Notes under the pieces: model-generated | Told to the model about the DNA's origin: nothing | Database searches by the model: none | The model's input: the letters and a program-made list of their open reading frames with translations, nothing else | Made by a program: the position numbers and the translations under genes | DNA from: a virus | Taxonomy: Duplodnaviria; Caudoviricetes | Strand: one strand, 5' to 3' | Virus record (IMG/VR): IMGVR_UViG_3300032280_000442 | Location: 96,001 to 160,000 of that record | Length of the DNA: 64,000 nt | In this document: piece by piece, positions 7,928 through 17,301 of the stretch | How the letters are laid out: each line of letters begins with the position of its first letter | Numbering within the stretch: position 1 is the stretch's first letter

Positions 7928-8350
7928 CTATTTTTTTAAGATTCTCGTAATTAATCTATATAATTGGTCATTTTCATCTTCAAATGGTAGATTTTCAAGG
8001 TCAAAATATCCACATTCAGTATGTTCATCACCATCGATAGCATTTTCCAAGTCCGGATGTATCTTTTCATCAGTCTCCATTAAAAACACATACATCAATC
8101 CTTTTACTTCCGAACCATCACGATTATGTCTTTTAACAAATCCAACTAATTTTAAATCATTATCTAAAGTATAATCGGTTTCTTCTTTAAATTCCCTCTT
8201 AATTCCATCCATAGGATGTTCATTTTTTTCCAAATTACCACCAGGTATACTCCATTGTCCGGGCAAACTACCTGTAGCATTTCTTTTACATAGTAATACT
8301 TCATCACTACATTTAACAATTACACCGGAATATCGTTTTACTTTTTTCAT
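7928..8350 (-). CDS. NUDIX hydrolase
   Basis: Nudix box WSIPGGNLEKNEHPMDGIKREFKEETD. Confidence 0.9.
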   Translation of the reverse strand: MKKVKRYSGVIVKCSDEVLLCKRNATGSLPGQWSIPGGNLEKNEHPMDGIKREFKEETDYTLDNDLKLVGFVKRHNRDGSEVKGLMYVFLMETDEKIHPDLENAIDGDEHTECGYFDLENLPFEDENDQLYRLITRILKK

Positions 8351-8379
8351 TTTATATTTTTTTGTGTATTTATAAGTAT

Positions 8380-8727
8380 ATGGAATTAACTATAAATAAA
8401 AATAACTTTAAAGTCAAAACTGTTATTTCATCTAAAGACACTAGTCAAGGAATGATGAACAAAAAATTTGACCATACTTTTAATGGTATGTTATTTATTA
8501 TGTCCGAAGGTCAACACTGTTTTTGGATGAAGAATTGTTTGGTAAATTTGGATATAATTTTTATTGAAGATGATGTTATAACAGAAATTCACCACAACTG
8601 TCCTCCTTGTAAAACCAAAGATTGTAGAAACTATTGTGGTGAAGGTGATATGATACTTGAACTTCAGGGCGGAACCTGTAAAAAGTTAGGTATTAAATCT
8701 GGTGATAAAGTTATTCACTACGATTGA
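8380..8727 (+). CDS. DUF192 family protein
   Basis: GMM..GMLF..FWMKNC..LDIIFI..ILELQGG..GIKSGD; start reassigned to 8380 after TATTTATA 8367-8374. Confidence 0.85.
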   Translation: MELTINKNNFKVKTVISSKDTSQGMMNKKFDHTFNGMLFIMSEGQHCFWMKNCLVNLDIIFIEDDVITEIHHNCPPCKTKDCRNYCGEGDMILELQGGTCKKLGIKSGDKVIHYD

Positions 8728-10124
8728 TTTATCTTCTCCTGTAATAATTTCACAAACTCATTCTGAATCATTTTAGTAAACTTAACATACGGAGCGTCTT
8801 CCGAATCAGGATTGTATTTATAATTCCCTTTTGGTGGTCTAGTATTTCTACCCATAAAGTTTAATCCTGATATGTTTGTAATACATTTGTGTCCACCACT
8901 ATTTGCCTGAATGAAATCCCAAGCATTTACATTAATACCGTCCAACATTTGTTTATCGTCTTCAGATAACTCAGAAAAAGGTTTTTCCATCATTTGACCA
9001 ATATGGATTAAATCTTTCCTACCATCTTCTCTATTTTTAAATTCTTTACCATACAAGGCGATGAAATCTTTAAATGTAAAACCTGTTGATTCCGGATTAA
9101 AATCTTTTGATGATTCTGAAATCCATTTAATTGTTGATAACGGAATCTCTCTTTGTTTTAATTGGTCTTCCCATTTAGATAAAACCTCTTGAGCAATCTC
9201 ACCTAAATTCACACCTTTTAATTGACGCTCACTTTTAAATGGATTACAAGATGCTTGAACTAATCCTAATGGCCAAGCAATAACAATAAAGTCAGCCTCC
9301 GGATTATTTTTGAATGGTGTATATCTATCGTATGAACCTGGTTTAAACATTGAACCACCTCCATATTGAACTATGACATTCCCTAATACTTTAACATTCG
9401 GATTAGTTTGCATTGATTTAACATACTCATCTTTATTCACTTCAAGTTGTTCCGGCTTAGCATATCCTTTCTCAACCATTATTCTTTTAATTGTATGAAG
9501 AATGTTTAATAAAGATGGTGAACATTCCATAACCAAAGTTTCTAAGAACTCCGGTTTGTTTTTAAATGCTAATAATAGTTTGTTAACAACTAACCCCATT
9601 AACATTTTATTTTTTTGTAATGACTTATCTTTATCTAATTTAAATAAATAAGAAATTACTTCATCTACCGAAATGTTGTTAACCGCATAATTTGCAGAAT
9701 CAACAGTTGAAATAAGTAATATATCTGAAGATGGAAATAATTCTTTAGGAGAAACAACCTGAGAAATTGTTTCAACATTTGAACGAGAACTTCTAAAAGA
9801 TGTTGATTTAGTATCTTCAGCACCGGCTTGTCTATCGTGGTGGTCCGTATGAATTACAAACATTGGTTTTCCGTGAGCAAAATCCACTAATACCGGCATT
9901 GTGTCACCTTTAGCATCATTCTTTTTTACCGCAAACTCTTTATCACCATATTGAATAATGTGAGCCCCAACAACTTTAATACCATTGTTTTCAAGGTATT
10001 GTTTCATTGCTATAGCCGTAGTCACACCATCTAAATCTTGGTGAAAATATATTTCCGCTTTGGGATATCTTTTAGAAAGAGCATTAATATCTCTTAATCC
10101 ACTTTCTTTTATAAGTTTTTTCAT
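8718..10124 (-). CDS. DHH-superfamily phosphoesterase
   Basis: HQDLDG, LVDF, TDHH, DS and C-terminal GGH motifs; N-terminal LIKE leader. Confidence 0.75.
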   Translation of the reverse strand: MKKLIKESGLRDINALSKRYPKAEIYFHQDLDGVTTAIAMKQYLENNGIKVVGAHIIQYGDKEFAVKKNDAKGDTMPVLVDFAHGKPMFVIHTDHHDRQAGAEDTKSTSFRSSRSNVETISQVVSPKELFPSSDILLISTVDSANYAVNNISVDEVISYLFKLDKDKSLQKNKMLMGLVVNKLLLAFKNKPEFLETLVMECSPSLLNILHTIKRIMVEKGYAKPEQLEVNKDEYVKSMQTNPNVKVLGNVIVQYGGGSMFKPGSYDRYTPFKNNPEADFIVIAWPLGLVQASCNPFKSERQLKGVNLGEIAQEVLSKWEDQLKQREIPLSTIKWISESSKDFNPESTGFTFKDFIALYGKEFKNREDGRKDLIHIGQMMEKPFSELSEDDKQMLDGINVNAWDFIQANSGGHKCITNISGLNFMGRNTRPPKGNYKYNPDSEDAPYVKFTKMIQNEFVKLLQEKINQS

Positions 10125-10125
10125 A

Positions 10126-10479
10126 TTACATTTCAGGCATTATCACAATTGCAATCACATCACCACTTTTCAAACCCTTACTTAATGAGCAACCTTTGTT
10201 AATTCTAATAAGGTCATCAACACTAGTAACACCAGGATGTTTTGACGCAATGTCACTTAGTGTATCACCTGATTTAACTTTATATAATTTAACATTATAA
10301 CCATAAGCGGATTGAAGTCGTTTTGGGTCACCAAAACAGTATTTACCACCCATTTCAGGTTTAATATTATTCATTTGAACACTAACTTCTTTTTGTCGGT
10401 TCATTTGCTCACTAACTAAACCATATTTAGAAAGGATGTCACCTTTTTCTTCTTCAGTAATTATAAATCTTTTTGCCAT
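10126..10479 (-). CDS. LysM domain protein
   Basis: YKVKSGDTLSDIASKH..SVDDLIRIN..LKSGDVI; N-terminal IITEE leader. Confidence 0.9.
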   Translation of the reverse strand: MAKRFIITEEEKGDILSKYGLVSEQMNRQKEVSVQMNNIKPEMGGKYCFGDPKRLQSAYGYNVKLYKVKSGDTLSDIASKHPGVTSVDDLIRINKGCSLSKGLKSGDVIAIVIMPEM

Positions 10480-10523
10480 AGTAATTGTTTTAGTTATAAA
10501 TATACGGAAAATAAAAAAGAGGA

Positions 10524-11387
10524 TTAAACTTCCTCTTCTTTTAACTCTAATTTTGTTTGTCTTCTCTCATCAATTAACGCTTGAACTCTTTTTCTAGCAA
10601 TCTCCGTATAATCCGGTGATAACTCAATCCCTAACCATCTTCGGTCCAATAGTTCCGCAGCGAACGCCGAAGTTCCGCTACCCATAAAAGGGTCAAGTAC
10701 AATATCATTCTTGTAAGTTAATATCTTAATCGCCTTTGATGGAATATCCATTGAGAATGTGGCTTTAGTTAATGACCTAGTATCAGCAAAATATTCCCAT
10801 CTTCCAAATACCAAGTTCATAAACTCTTTCTTATCATCGTCTTGGTATACCATTTTGTTTTTGATTGACCCATCAGGCTGTTCAATATCAGTTGGAACAC
10901 CTTTCCATTGTGATTCTCCTTTGGTTAGTTTCTTATTAGTTTTTTTATAAGCTAATATTATACACTCCTTTGGGTTGTAAATATAAGGACAACTAGCACT
11001 CATCCAACTTCCCCAAGCAGTTTGTCTAACTCTATGGGGACTATCCTCAGTTAAATCAACCATACCAAAGAACTTAAACCCAACCTCTTTCATCTTCATC
11101 CAAAACTCTGCGTTGAATAATATCCTTCCACCTCTCTCTTGAACGTTTATCTCAATTGGAACATTAATCGCCACACGACCGTCATCTTTTAATACCCTGA
11201 ATACCTGACTTAGCCAATCAATAGTGAATTCCCAATATTCGTCCATAGGAATACTATCATTATAAACATCATACTTAATCCCCGCAGAATATGGGGGACT
11301 AGTCACCACCATATCAATACAACCTTCCGGTAATGTCTTCATCACCTCAACACAATCACCATTTATAATCTTTCCTGTCTCTATCAT
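10524..11387 (-). CDS. Beta-class DNA methyltransferase (N4-C/N6-A)
   Basis: VVTSPPY precedes LDPFMGSGTS. Confidence 0.92.
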   Translation of the reverse strand: MIETGKIINGDCVEVMKTLPEGCIDMVVTSPPYSAGIKYDVYNDSIPMDEYWEFTIDWLSQVFRVLKDDGRVAINVPIEINVQERGGRILFNAEFWMKMKEVGFKFFGMVDLTEDSPHRVRQTAWGSWMSASCPYIYNPKECIILAYKKTNKKLTKGESQWKGVPTDIEQPDGSIKNKMVYQDDDKKEFMNLVFGRWEYFADTRSLTKATFSMDIPSKAIKILTYKNDIVLDPFMGSGTSAFAAELLDRRWLGIELSPDYTEIARKRVQALIDERRQTKLELKEEEV

Positions 11388-11388
11388 A

Positions 11389-11700
11389 TTACTCTTTTAA
11401 TTGGTATTCCCAACCATCTTCTTTTTTAATTGGTGTTATCTCTAAATCCAAGAACACCGCGTTTTGGTCCGAAGCATATAATCCAAGAATATTATAATCA
11501 TAAAACTCCTCAGCCTCACCCATCGTCATTAGGTCTCTCTCTTGTAGGATGTTTAATATTCTTTGTTTGGAATACAACATCTTTCTTCCCGGAGAACCAA
11601 AGTCCTCAACAATCCCAACGATTGCACTTTCTAATCCGTCTAATAGAACCGCACCTTCCGCGTATTCATCAATATCAACTGTTACTCTCAAGTCTTTCAA
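11389..11700 (-). CDS. Conserved hypothetical phage protein
   Basis: LLDGLESAIVG..EAEEFYDYNILG pattern. Confidence 0.75.
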   Translation of the reverse strand: MKDLRVTVDIDEYAEGAVLLDGLESAIVGIVEDFGSPGRKMLYSKQRILNILQERDLMTMGEAEEFYDYNILGLYASDQNAVFLDLEITPIKKEDGWEYQLKE

Positions 11701-11905
11701 TTTTACGATTCAAATAAAACATCGCCTTTTTCAAGTCCTCAATTTCTTTATTCGAATCTTTCTTACCCGCTCTTGCAACATACTTAACCACGTTGAAGAT
11801 GTAAGCATCCTTATCAAGACCCCAAGCCTCACACACTTTTACAACCTCATATGGATTGTCCTGACCACCATAATGTTCCGGGTGGTTTACCATTTCTTTA
11901 CTCAT
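11675..11905 (-). CDS. DUF3310 family protein
   Basis: VNHPEHYG..NVVKYVARAGKK..EDLKKAMFYL. Confidence 0.9.
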   Translation of the reverse strand: MSKEMVNHPEHYGGQDNPYEVVKVCEAWGLDKDAYIFNVVKYVARAGKKDSNKEIEDLKKAMFYLNRKIERLESNS

Positions 11906-12123
11906 AATTTTACTATATAATATTTTCCTAATTTTACACTTTTTGTATACCCATTTCTAACGGAGAATAATGGTTTTGTTGTAACATTAACACCAATACC
12001 ATTATTAAATCTTATTGACCAACCTGATGGTGATTTACTGTATAATATTGATTGATTAAACATCTTAATTACAGTCTGACTACATCCATAACCTATGTGA
12101 TATGTTTTTTTAGACAGCCACAT
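11902..12123 (-). CDS. Hypothetical protein
   Basis: 73 aa ORF overlapping neighbours in operon; LFSVRNGY motif. Confidence 0.6.
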   Translation of the reverse strand: MWLSKKTYHIGYGCSQTVIKMFNQSILYSKSPSGWSIRFNNGIGVNVTTKPLFSVRNGYTKSVKLGKYYIVKL

Positions 12124-12292
12124 AATATCCGCTACTTAATTTACTTTCTTTTATATAACCCTCAGAAATTAAAATTTCTAATTGTTGTTTTGTTTCATCC
12201 ATATCCTTTTTAAGGATGTATTTGGAGATGTAATTAATATGGATTGGTTGTCTTAACTTATCCATCAAAGTTTTTATTTGTCTTTTGTCCAT
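12110..12292 (-). CDS. Small winged-helix-like protein
   Basis: 60 aa; LEILISEGYIKES..GYY resembles a wHTH wing. Confidence 0.55.
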   Translation of the reverse strand: MDKRQIKTLMDKLRQPIHINYISKYILKKDMDETKQQLEILISEGYIKESKLSSGYYVAV

Positions 12293-13059
12293 TATGATAA
12301 TAATTTTCTAGTTATTTTAACATTTTGATTAATATATGATAATATTTTTCTTTTAAAAATTGGAACCAATGTTTCTTCTAACGGGAACACATCATTACAA
12401 AACACCTCAAAGATTGGACAATCCTCTTCTTTATTTTTCTCATATGTTTTTGAAAAAGTAGAGATAATTTCCGGTATAGTCAAACTATCCTGTTGTCCTT
12501 TGAAAACTAATTTTAAAGATGTTTTTGTTTGACTTTTGGTTTTATACACCTTTCTTGTGGTATATTGCCAAACATATAAAGTCTCAGGTGTTTTGTAAGA
12601 GAAGAATCCTGATTTACTTTGTAGATTGTTTTTATTTTTCTTAACAACAACATCAATAGAGTCGTAAACAATGCTCCATATTGATTTTGCAAAGTTGAAA
12701 TAGTCGTGTAGTTGTGGTTGACTAATTTTTAAGATTTTTTGATACTCAATAACTTCCTCGTCATCTAACACAGGAATATCTTTAACCTTTAAATCAGATA
12801 ACACTAGTTCATCATCATTAGAAGTTAATTTTCTATCAACATATAAAATTTTGTTTTGTGTAAGTAAGGTCTGTATATTACCCAAATGTAACGAAAGTTC
12901 GATAAACATCGGGTAGACCTCCATTCTCTCAAGATGTTTATTCATCTTTTGGAAGTAGTCCAATAAAACATATTGTTTTTGTTCGGCGTCGAGAATACCA
13001 TCAAATAACCAATCAGTATCCATTATAAAATTATTCTTATTTTTCTGTCTCATTTCCAT
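12292..13059 (-). CDS. Hypothetical protein
   Basis: 255 aa ORF; TATATTTG at 13072-13079. Confidence 0.8.
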   Translation of the reverse strand: MEMRQKNKNNFIMDTDWLFDGILDAEQKQYVLLDYFQKMNKHLERMEVYPMFIELSLHLGNIQTLLTQNKILYVDRKLTSNDDELVLSDLKVKDIPVLDDEEVIEYQKILKISQPQLHDYFNFAKSIWSIVYDSIDVVVKKNKNNLQSKSGFFSYKTPETLYVWQYTTRKVYKTKSQTKTSLKLVFKGQQDSLTIPEIISTFSKTYEKNKEEDCPIFEVFCNDVFPLEETLVPIFKRKILSYINQNVKITRKLLS

Positions 13060-13107
13060 ATTGTATTATTTCAAATATACAGGAAAAGATTAGAAAAAGG
13101 AATAGTT

Positions 13108-14469
13108 TTAATTAATTCTCATTATGTAATAAGTCTCACCGGCAACATTAATACTATCGTAATTACCGTCATAACTATTCATAATACCCCAACCATCAGA
13201 GTCAACTAACCCTTGAGCTAAAGCGTCTTCATCTATATATTCCTTGAAGTCTAAACCATAGTTTCTAAGATAATCTAATGGGTCTCTTTTTACATCTCTA
13301 ACCAACTCATAAACTTTATTTTCAATCATATCTTCGGTTGGTTCAGTATCAACTTCAATACTATCTAATTCTTCTTGGAGAGCTTCTATCTGATTATCTA
13401 AATCTTCTTCGTAGTCATAATAATTGTCATCATCTGAATCCAATTCAAGTTTTTGTTGTTCTAAATCTTCTATTTGTGACTCAATTTGTTCTATTCTTTC
13501 TTCTTGTTCCGAAGTCAATTCATAATCATCATCATTAAAATAACTATCAGGGTTCTCTCTTACTTCATAATCATAATCTTCTTCTGCCATTCTAACAATT
13601 GCATCAACATCCAAATAATCTTCAATAAATGATTCACTAAATCCATCAGCACCCACATCATCAATATAAGACACTGCATATTGTAATGCCGCAGCATCCA
13701 TTTCTTCTTCAGTTCCAACAGTATATTCTCTATCTCTGAAACCAGATATTAAAACCTCAAATTGTTGTAAACCATAATGAGTATATCTTGATGCGTACAT
13801 CATATAAACATCCGCATTATTCTCTTCTAATTCTTCAATTTCTGTTTGTGTTTCATCAATAGTTTCTTGTAATTCATATGCTCTCTCGTCATTATCATCA
13901 AGTCCCTCATACTCTTGTTCCAAATCTTGAAGTTTACGTCTCAAAATTGTTAATTTTTCAATATCCTCATCCGATAATGGTTCAATCTCACCATTATTAA
14001 CTAAATTGTCAAATAATGCGTGAGCTTTCTCTCCGGTCTCATCTCCCTGTTCTAAAGCCCATTCGTCACTATCACGAAGAGATTCTTGTTCACCAAGTTT
14101 AGCATTTAGTTCTTGTTTCTCTCTAATTCTTTCGCGAGGAGAACCACCATCAGAAATATATTTTTTAACTTGTAAACCACCTAAGTCACCCACTTTAGTA
14201 TTACGAATATCTAATGAACCATCAATATAAGCTATTGGCCCAATATCTTTAACATCCTTACCACCCAAATCTAAATCTCCGGTAATGTATAATGGTTTAC
14301 CACCATATTGTTTCATTTTTCTAAAAACATTACCATTATAACTGGCATATCTCATCACATCCAAATAATCCTCAGGAGATATTCTATAATATTCGTCCTC
14401 AGTTTCTTTGATGATTTTCTTAATTACATTATATAATTCGGATTCTGTAAGTCTCAATTTTCTACTCAT
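13108..14469 (-). CDS. Highly acidic protein with LRLTESE leader; possible DNA mimic (ArdA-like C-terminus)
   Basis: Start reassigned to MSRKLRLTESEL; very D/E-rich; two coiled-coil repeats; EYIDEDALAQGLVDSDGWG..SYDG. Confidence 0.6.
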   Translation of the reverse strand: MSRKLRLTESELYNVIKKIIKETEDEYYRISPEDYLDVMRYASYNGNVFRKMKQYGGKPLYITGDLDLGGKDVKDIGPIAYIDGSLDIRNTKVGDLGGLQVKKYISDGGSPRERIREKQELNAKLGEQESLRDSDEWALEQGDETGEKAHALFDNLVNNGEIEPLSDEDIEKLTILRRKLQDLEQEYEGLDDNDERAYELQETIDETQTEIEELEENNADVYMMYASRYTHYGLQQFEVLISGFRDREYTVGTEEEMDAAALQYAVSYIDDVGADGFSESFIEDYLDVDAIVRMAEEDYDYEVRENPDSYFNDDDYELTSEQEERIEQIESQIEDLEQQKLELDSDDDNYYDYEEDLDNQIEALQEELDSIEVDTEPTEDMIENKVYELVRDVKRDPLDYLRNYGLDFKEYIDEDALAQGLVDSDGWGIMNSYDGNYDSINVAGETYYIMRIN

Positions 14470-14539
14470 ATCAATAAATATCAACGAAGATACAAAATTT
14501 ATTTACTTATTACCATTATTATTGATATTTATGAATAAT

Positions 14540-15127
14540 ATGAATTGTGGAATATACAAAATAGTGAATATTAAAAACAATAAAATTTATATTGGAAGCT
14601 CTGTTAATTTAAATAGCCGAGAATATAAACATTTTTGGATGTTAGAAAAAAATATTCACGACAATGATTATTTACAAAATTCATATAACAAATATGGTAA
14701 AGAAACTTTTTGTTTCGATATTGTTGAATTTTGTTTACCCGAAGAGTTAATTGTAAAAGAAAATTATTATATAAATAAGTATAAATCAAACAATTTATTG
14801 TTTGGATATAATTTAGCAACAGTAAACGAATTTAGACGTAACACCTATAACAACGAAGTTAAAATTAAATTATCTAAACATAATTTAGAAAAAAATGGAA
14901 ATATTAAAGTATTTTCATTAACAAATATTAAAACAAATGAAGAATTTATCTTCAATACGTTAGTTGACGGAGCAAACTATTTAATTGAAAATGGATTTAC
15001 TAAAGGTAAACCAAGTTATATTAGAATGAAATTATCATCGTCATTACGGAATGTAAAAGTAAATAATGGTCATAATGGGTCAATTCGTAAAACCTGTTAC
15101 AAACATAAATTTAAAATAATAAACTAA
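14540..15127 (+). CDS. GIY-YIG homing endonuclease (free-standing)
   Basis: CGIYKIVN..KIYIGSS..R..H..LQNSYNKYG..E..YI..GYN; start reassigned after TATTTAT 14526-14532. Confidence 0.9.
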   Translation: MNCGIYKIVNIKNNKIYIGSSVNLNSREYKHFWMLEKNIHDNDYLQNSYNKYGKETFCFDIVEFCLPEELIVKENYYINKYKSNNLLFGYNLATVNEFRRNTYNNEVKIKLSKHNLEKNGNIKVFSLTNIKTNEEFIFNTLVDGANYLIENGFTKGKPSYIRMKLSSSLRNVKVNNGHNGSIRKTCYKHKFKIIN

Positions 15128-15145
15128 ACTTAAAATCAATTAATT

Positions 15146-15292
15146 ATGGCTTGCGGATGCAAAAATCAAGGAAATCAAACTCCACCACAACCAGCTCAAC
15201 AAACGAATACTCAAACAGGTCAAAGTCAACCACAAACTCAACCTATTCAAGAGTCAATTCGTAAAGTAGTTCAAAGATACTACAAGAAATAA
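15146..15292 (+). CDS. 48-aa microprotein MACGCKNQ...IQESIRKVVQRYYKK
   Basis: Manually translated; not in ORF track; followed by terminator. Confidence 0.7.
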   Translation: MACGCKNQGNQTPPQPAQQTNTQTGQSQPQTQPIQESIRKVVQRYYKK

Positions 15293-15310
15293 TAGCTAAA
15301 CGTTTGGGGT

Positions 15311-15345
15311 AAAAAATCACAGGGGACAATTTTGTTCCCTTTTTT
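15311..15345. terminator. Intrinsic terminator
   Basis: aggggacaa-tt-ttgttccct followed by T run. Confidence 0.7.
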
Positions 15346-15394
15346 TATTTATAATTAAAATTAATTTCGATATCATTTCGTATAATTTAAAAAT

Positions 15395-16213
15395 ATGAAA
15401 TACATAAATGAAAACTCAAATAGAGGATTGGTTAATTTATTCTCCGATTATATAGTTAACCAAATTAATAAAGACAAACAATACGATGTAGTCATTGAAG
15501 TAACCGATTGTGGTAAATTCTTTGTAATCAACGGAATGACAAACACCGATAAGATTTTAGATATGGTTAAGGTAAAAGAATCTTTCCTTGAATCTCACAA
15601 ATCATTATTAACAAATTTTGGATATGAAAATGTTAATGTGATTGACTTAATAATGTATGGGAAAGAATTATCAAAGAAAAATGAATATACTTTTGACTTT
15701 TATAATTCATCAAGACCAACTTATCATTACAGATTAATTAACTCTATAATTGAATCTCCTCAACCTAAATTCAATTCCATATCTTACACCAATAGATTAG
15801 AATATGAATTGGATTACTCTGAAAACAATACAAGTCATTTAGAATATTACACTTATACCCCGTTAAATATCTCATCGGAATTTCCACACGGATATAGTTT
15901 GAGTATGGGAAGACAAGAGTTATACTATTCAGAATACATCTGTAATCAATTATTTGATGTTATTCTAACCGACAAGTTAACTTTTAAATATTCATCCGTT
16001 AAACAAGACGAGGATAACCAAATAAACATTCAGTCAATGAGTTTATTCCCTAAAAAAGATGTTATCTCTATGATATTGGATGTGTTTGATTTTGATATGT
16101 TAAAATTTAATGATATGATTAAAGGTTACAACATTATGGAAGATATAACTAAACCGTTTGACAAAAAACCTTGGCTTATAAGAGATAAAATTAAAGACCT
16201 TATACTATTCTAA
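15395..16213 (+). CDS. Degenerate S-adenosylmethionine synthetase (MetK)-fold protein
   Basis: NLFSDYIV..DVVIEV..FFVINGMT..GY aligns by eye with MetK N-domain (DQISDAIL..RVAxE..V.GE.T..IGY); GHPDK and GAGDQG absent. Confidence 0.5.
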   Translation: MKYINENSNRGLVNLFSDYIVNQINKDKQYDVVIEVTDCGKFFVINGMTNTDKILDMVKVKESFLESHKSLLTNFGYENVNVIDLIMYGKELSKKNEYTFDFYNSSRPTYHYRLINSIIESPQPKFNSISYTNRLEYELDYSENNTSHLEYYTYTPLNISSEFPHGYSLSMGRQELYYSEYICNQLFDVILTDKLTFKYSSVKQDEDNQINIQSMSLFPKKDVISMILDVFDFDMLKFNDMIKGYNIMEDITKPFDKKPWLIRDKIKDLILF

Positions 16214-16214
16214 T

Positions 16215-16244
16215 AAAAAATCCCCAATCAAGGGGATTTTTTTT
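16215..16244. terminator. Bidirectional terminator (near-duplicate at 16986-17014)
   Basis: aaaaaatcccc-aatcaa-ggggatttttttt. Confidence 0.85.
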
Positions 16245-16965
16245 ATCTTCTAAACCAACTTCTTCTTTCTTCTTTTGACGCAGATTTAGACACGCCACAT
16301 TTAGTATGCGAAAAATCAGGGTCTTGAGTATCACAAGATGGCACGTTTGGTAATTTTTTTTGTTTTTCTAAATATTTTACATAATCAGCTTCAGTTTTAC
16401 CAGGGTTATTCTTCAACCAAGCATCCACATATTTTTTATGTATTTCTTCAGCCTTTTTTAATTCAGGTGCTCTTTTTTCCTTCCAAGCTTTGGCAATAGA
16501 ATCTTTTTTCTGAATGGTTTTAAGTCTTAATTCTTCAGCAGCCTTCTTTTTAAGTTCAAGTTTTTCTTTATTTAACTTAATTTGTTCTTCTCTACTTAAT
16601 TTAACCGGTGTTGTGGTTGTAGAAGTTGTGGTTCCGGAAGTTGTGGTTTGTTCATCCAAATAATTTTCTAAATTTAATATTACAAATGTTGTATAAGTAT
16701 TATCCTCATTTTGAAATATTTTTTCTTTATCTATTTTACTTGTATTGGTATTATATATTTTTGTTTTAATTTTTTTTGAAAATGCCCTCATTGCATTTTT
16801 TACCGCTAATTCTTTAGAAAAAGACATATTAGGACTTTTACCTTCACCAAACGCTTTTTTACTATTTACATCATCATTACAAACACTCCATTCTTTTCTG
16901 ATATTTTCCGGAGTGGTTTGTTCAACCAAATAATTATACTGAGATTCTTTAATTACTATTTTCAT
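16243..16965 (-). CDS. Hypothetical protein with VIKESQ leader and LPP20-like segment
   Basis: MKIVIKESQYNYLVEQ; FGEGKS..S...A...A; Thr linker; Lys-rich C-terminus. Confidence 0.7.
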   Translation of the reverse strand: MKIVIKESQYNYLVEQTTPENIRKEWSVCNDDVNSKKAFGEGKSPNMSFSKELAVKNAMRAFSKKIKTKIYNTNTSKIDKEKIFQNEDNTYTTFVILNLENYLDEQTTTSGTTTSTTTTPVKLSREEQIKLNKEKLELKKKAAEELRLKTIQKKDSIAKAWKEKRAPELKKAEEIHKKYVDAWLKNNPGKTEADYVKYLEKQKKLPNVPSCDTQDPDFSHTKCGVSKSASKEERRSWFRR

Positions 16966-16985
16966 ACTAATAAATATCTCATAAA

Positions 16986-17014
16986 TAAAAAACCCCCAAT
17001 AAAGGGGATTTTTT
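16986..17014. terminator. Intrinsic terminator
   Basis: aaaaaacccc-caataaa-ggggatttttt. Confidence 0.75.
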
Positions 17015-17301
17015 TATAGTCCAAAATGTTCTTTGATGATGGCTACACCATCTTCAATCTCGTCATAATCTCTGTCGGGAGCGTATAGATAACTCTTATG
17101 GTCATCTGTGTCCGGTGATTCAACAATCATAAACGCAGGAACAAATTCATTCTCAGTAATCTCAACAAACATTTGGTATTCATCTTCGTGTTCATCAATA
17201 TCTCTAACCTCAAATGGTATATTTGATTCCTTTAATTGATTCTTCATTGTCTCACAGTGGGGACAACCTTCCATCGTAAAAAGAATTAATAACTTATCCA
17301 T
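17014..17301 (-). CDS. Glutaredoxin
   Basis: FTMEGCPHC active site, VP cis-Pro motif. Confidence 0.88.
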   Translation of the reverse strand: MDKLLILFTMEGCPHCETMKNQLKESNIPFEVRDIDEHEDEYQMFVEITENEFVPAFMIVESPDTDDHKSYLYAPDRDYDEIEDGVAIIKEHFGL

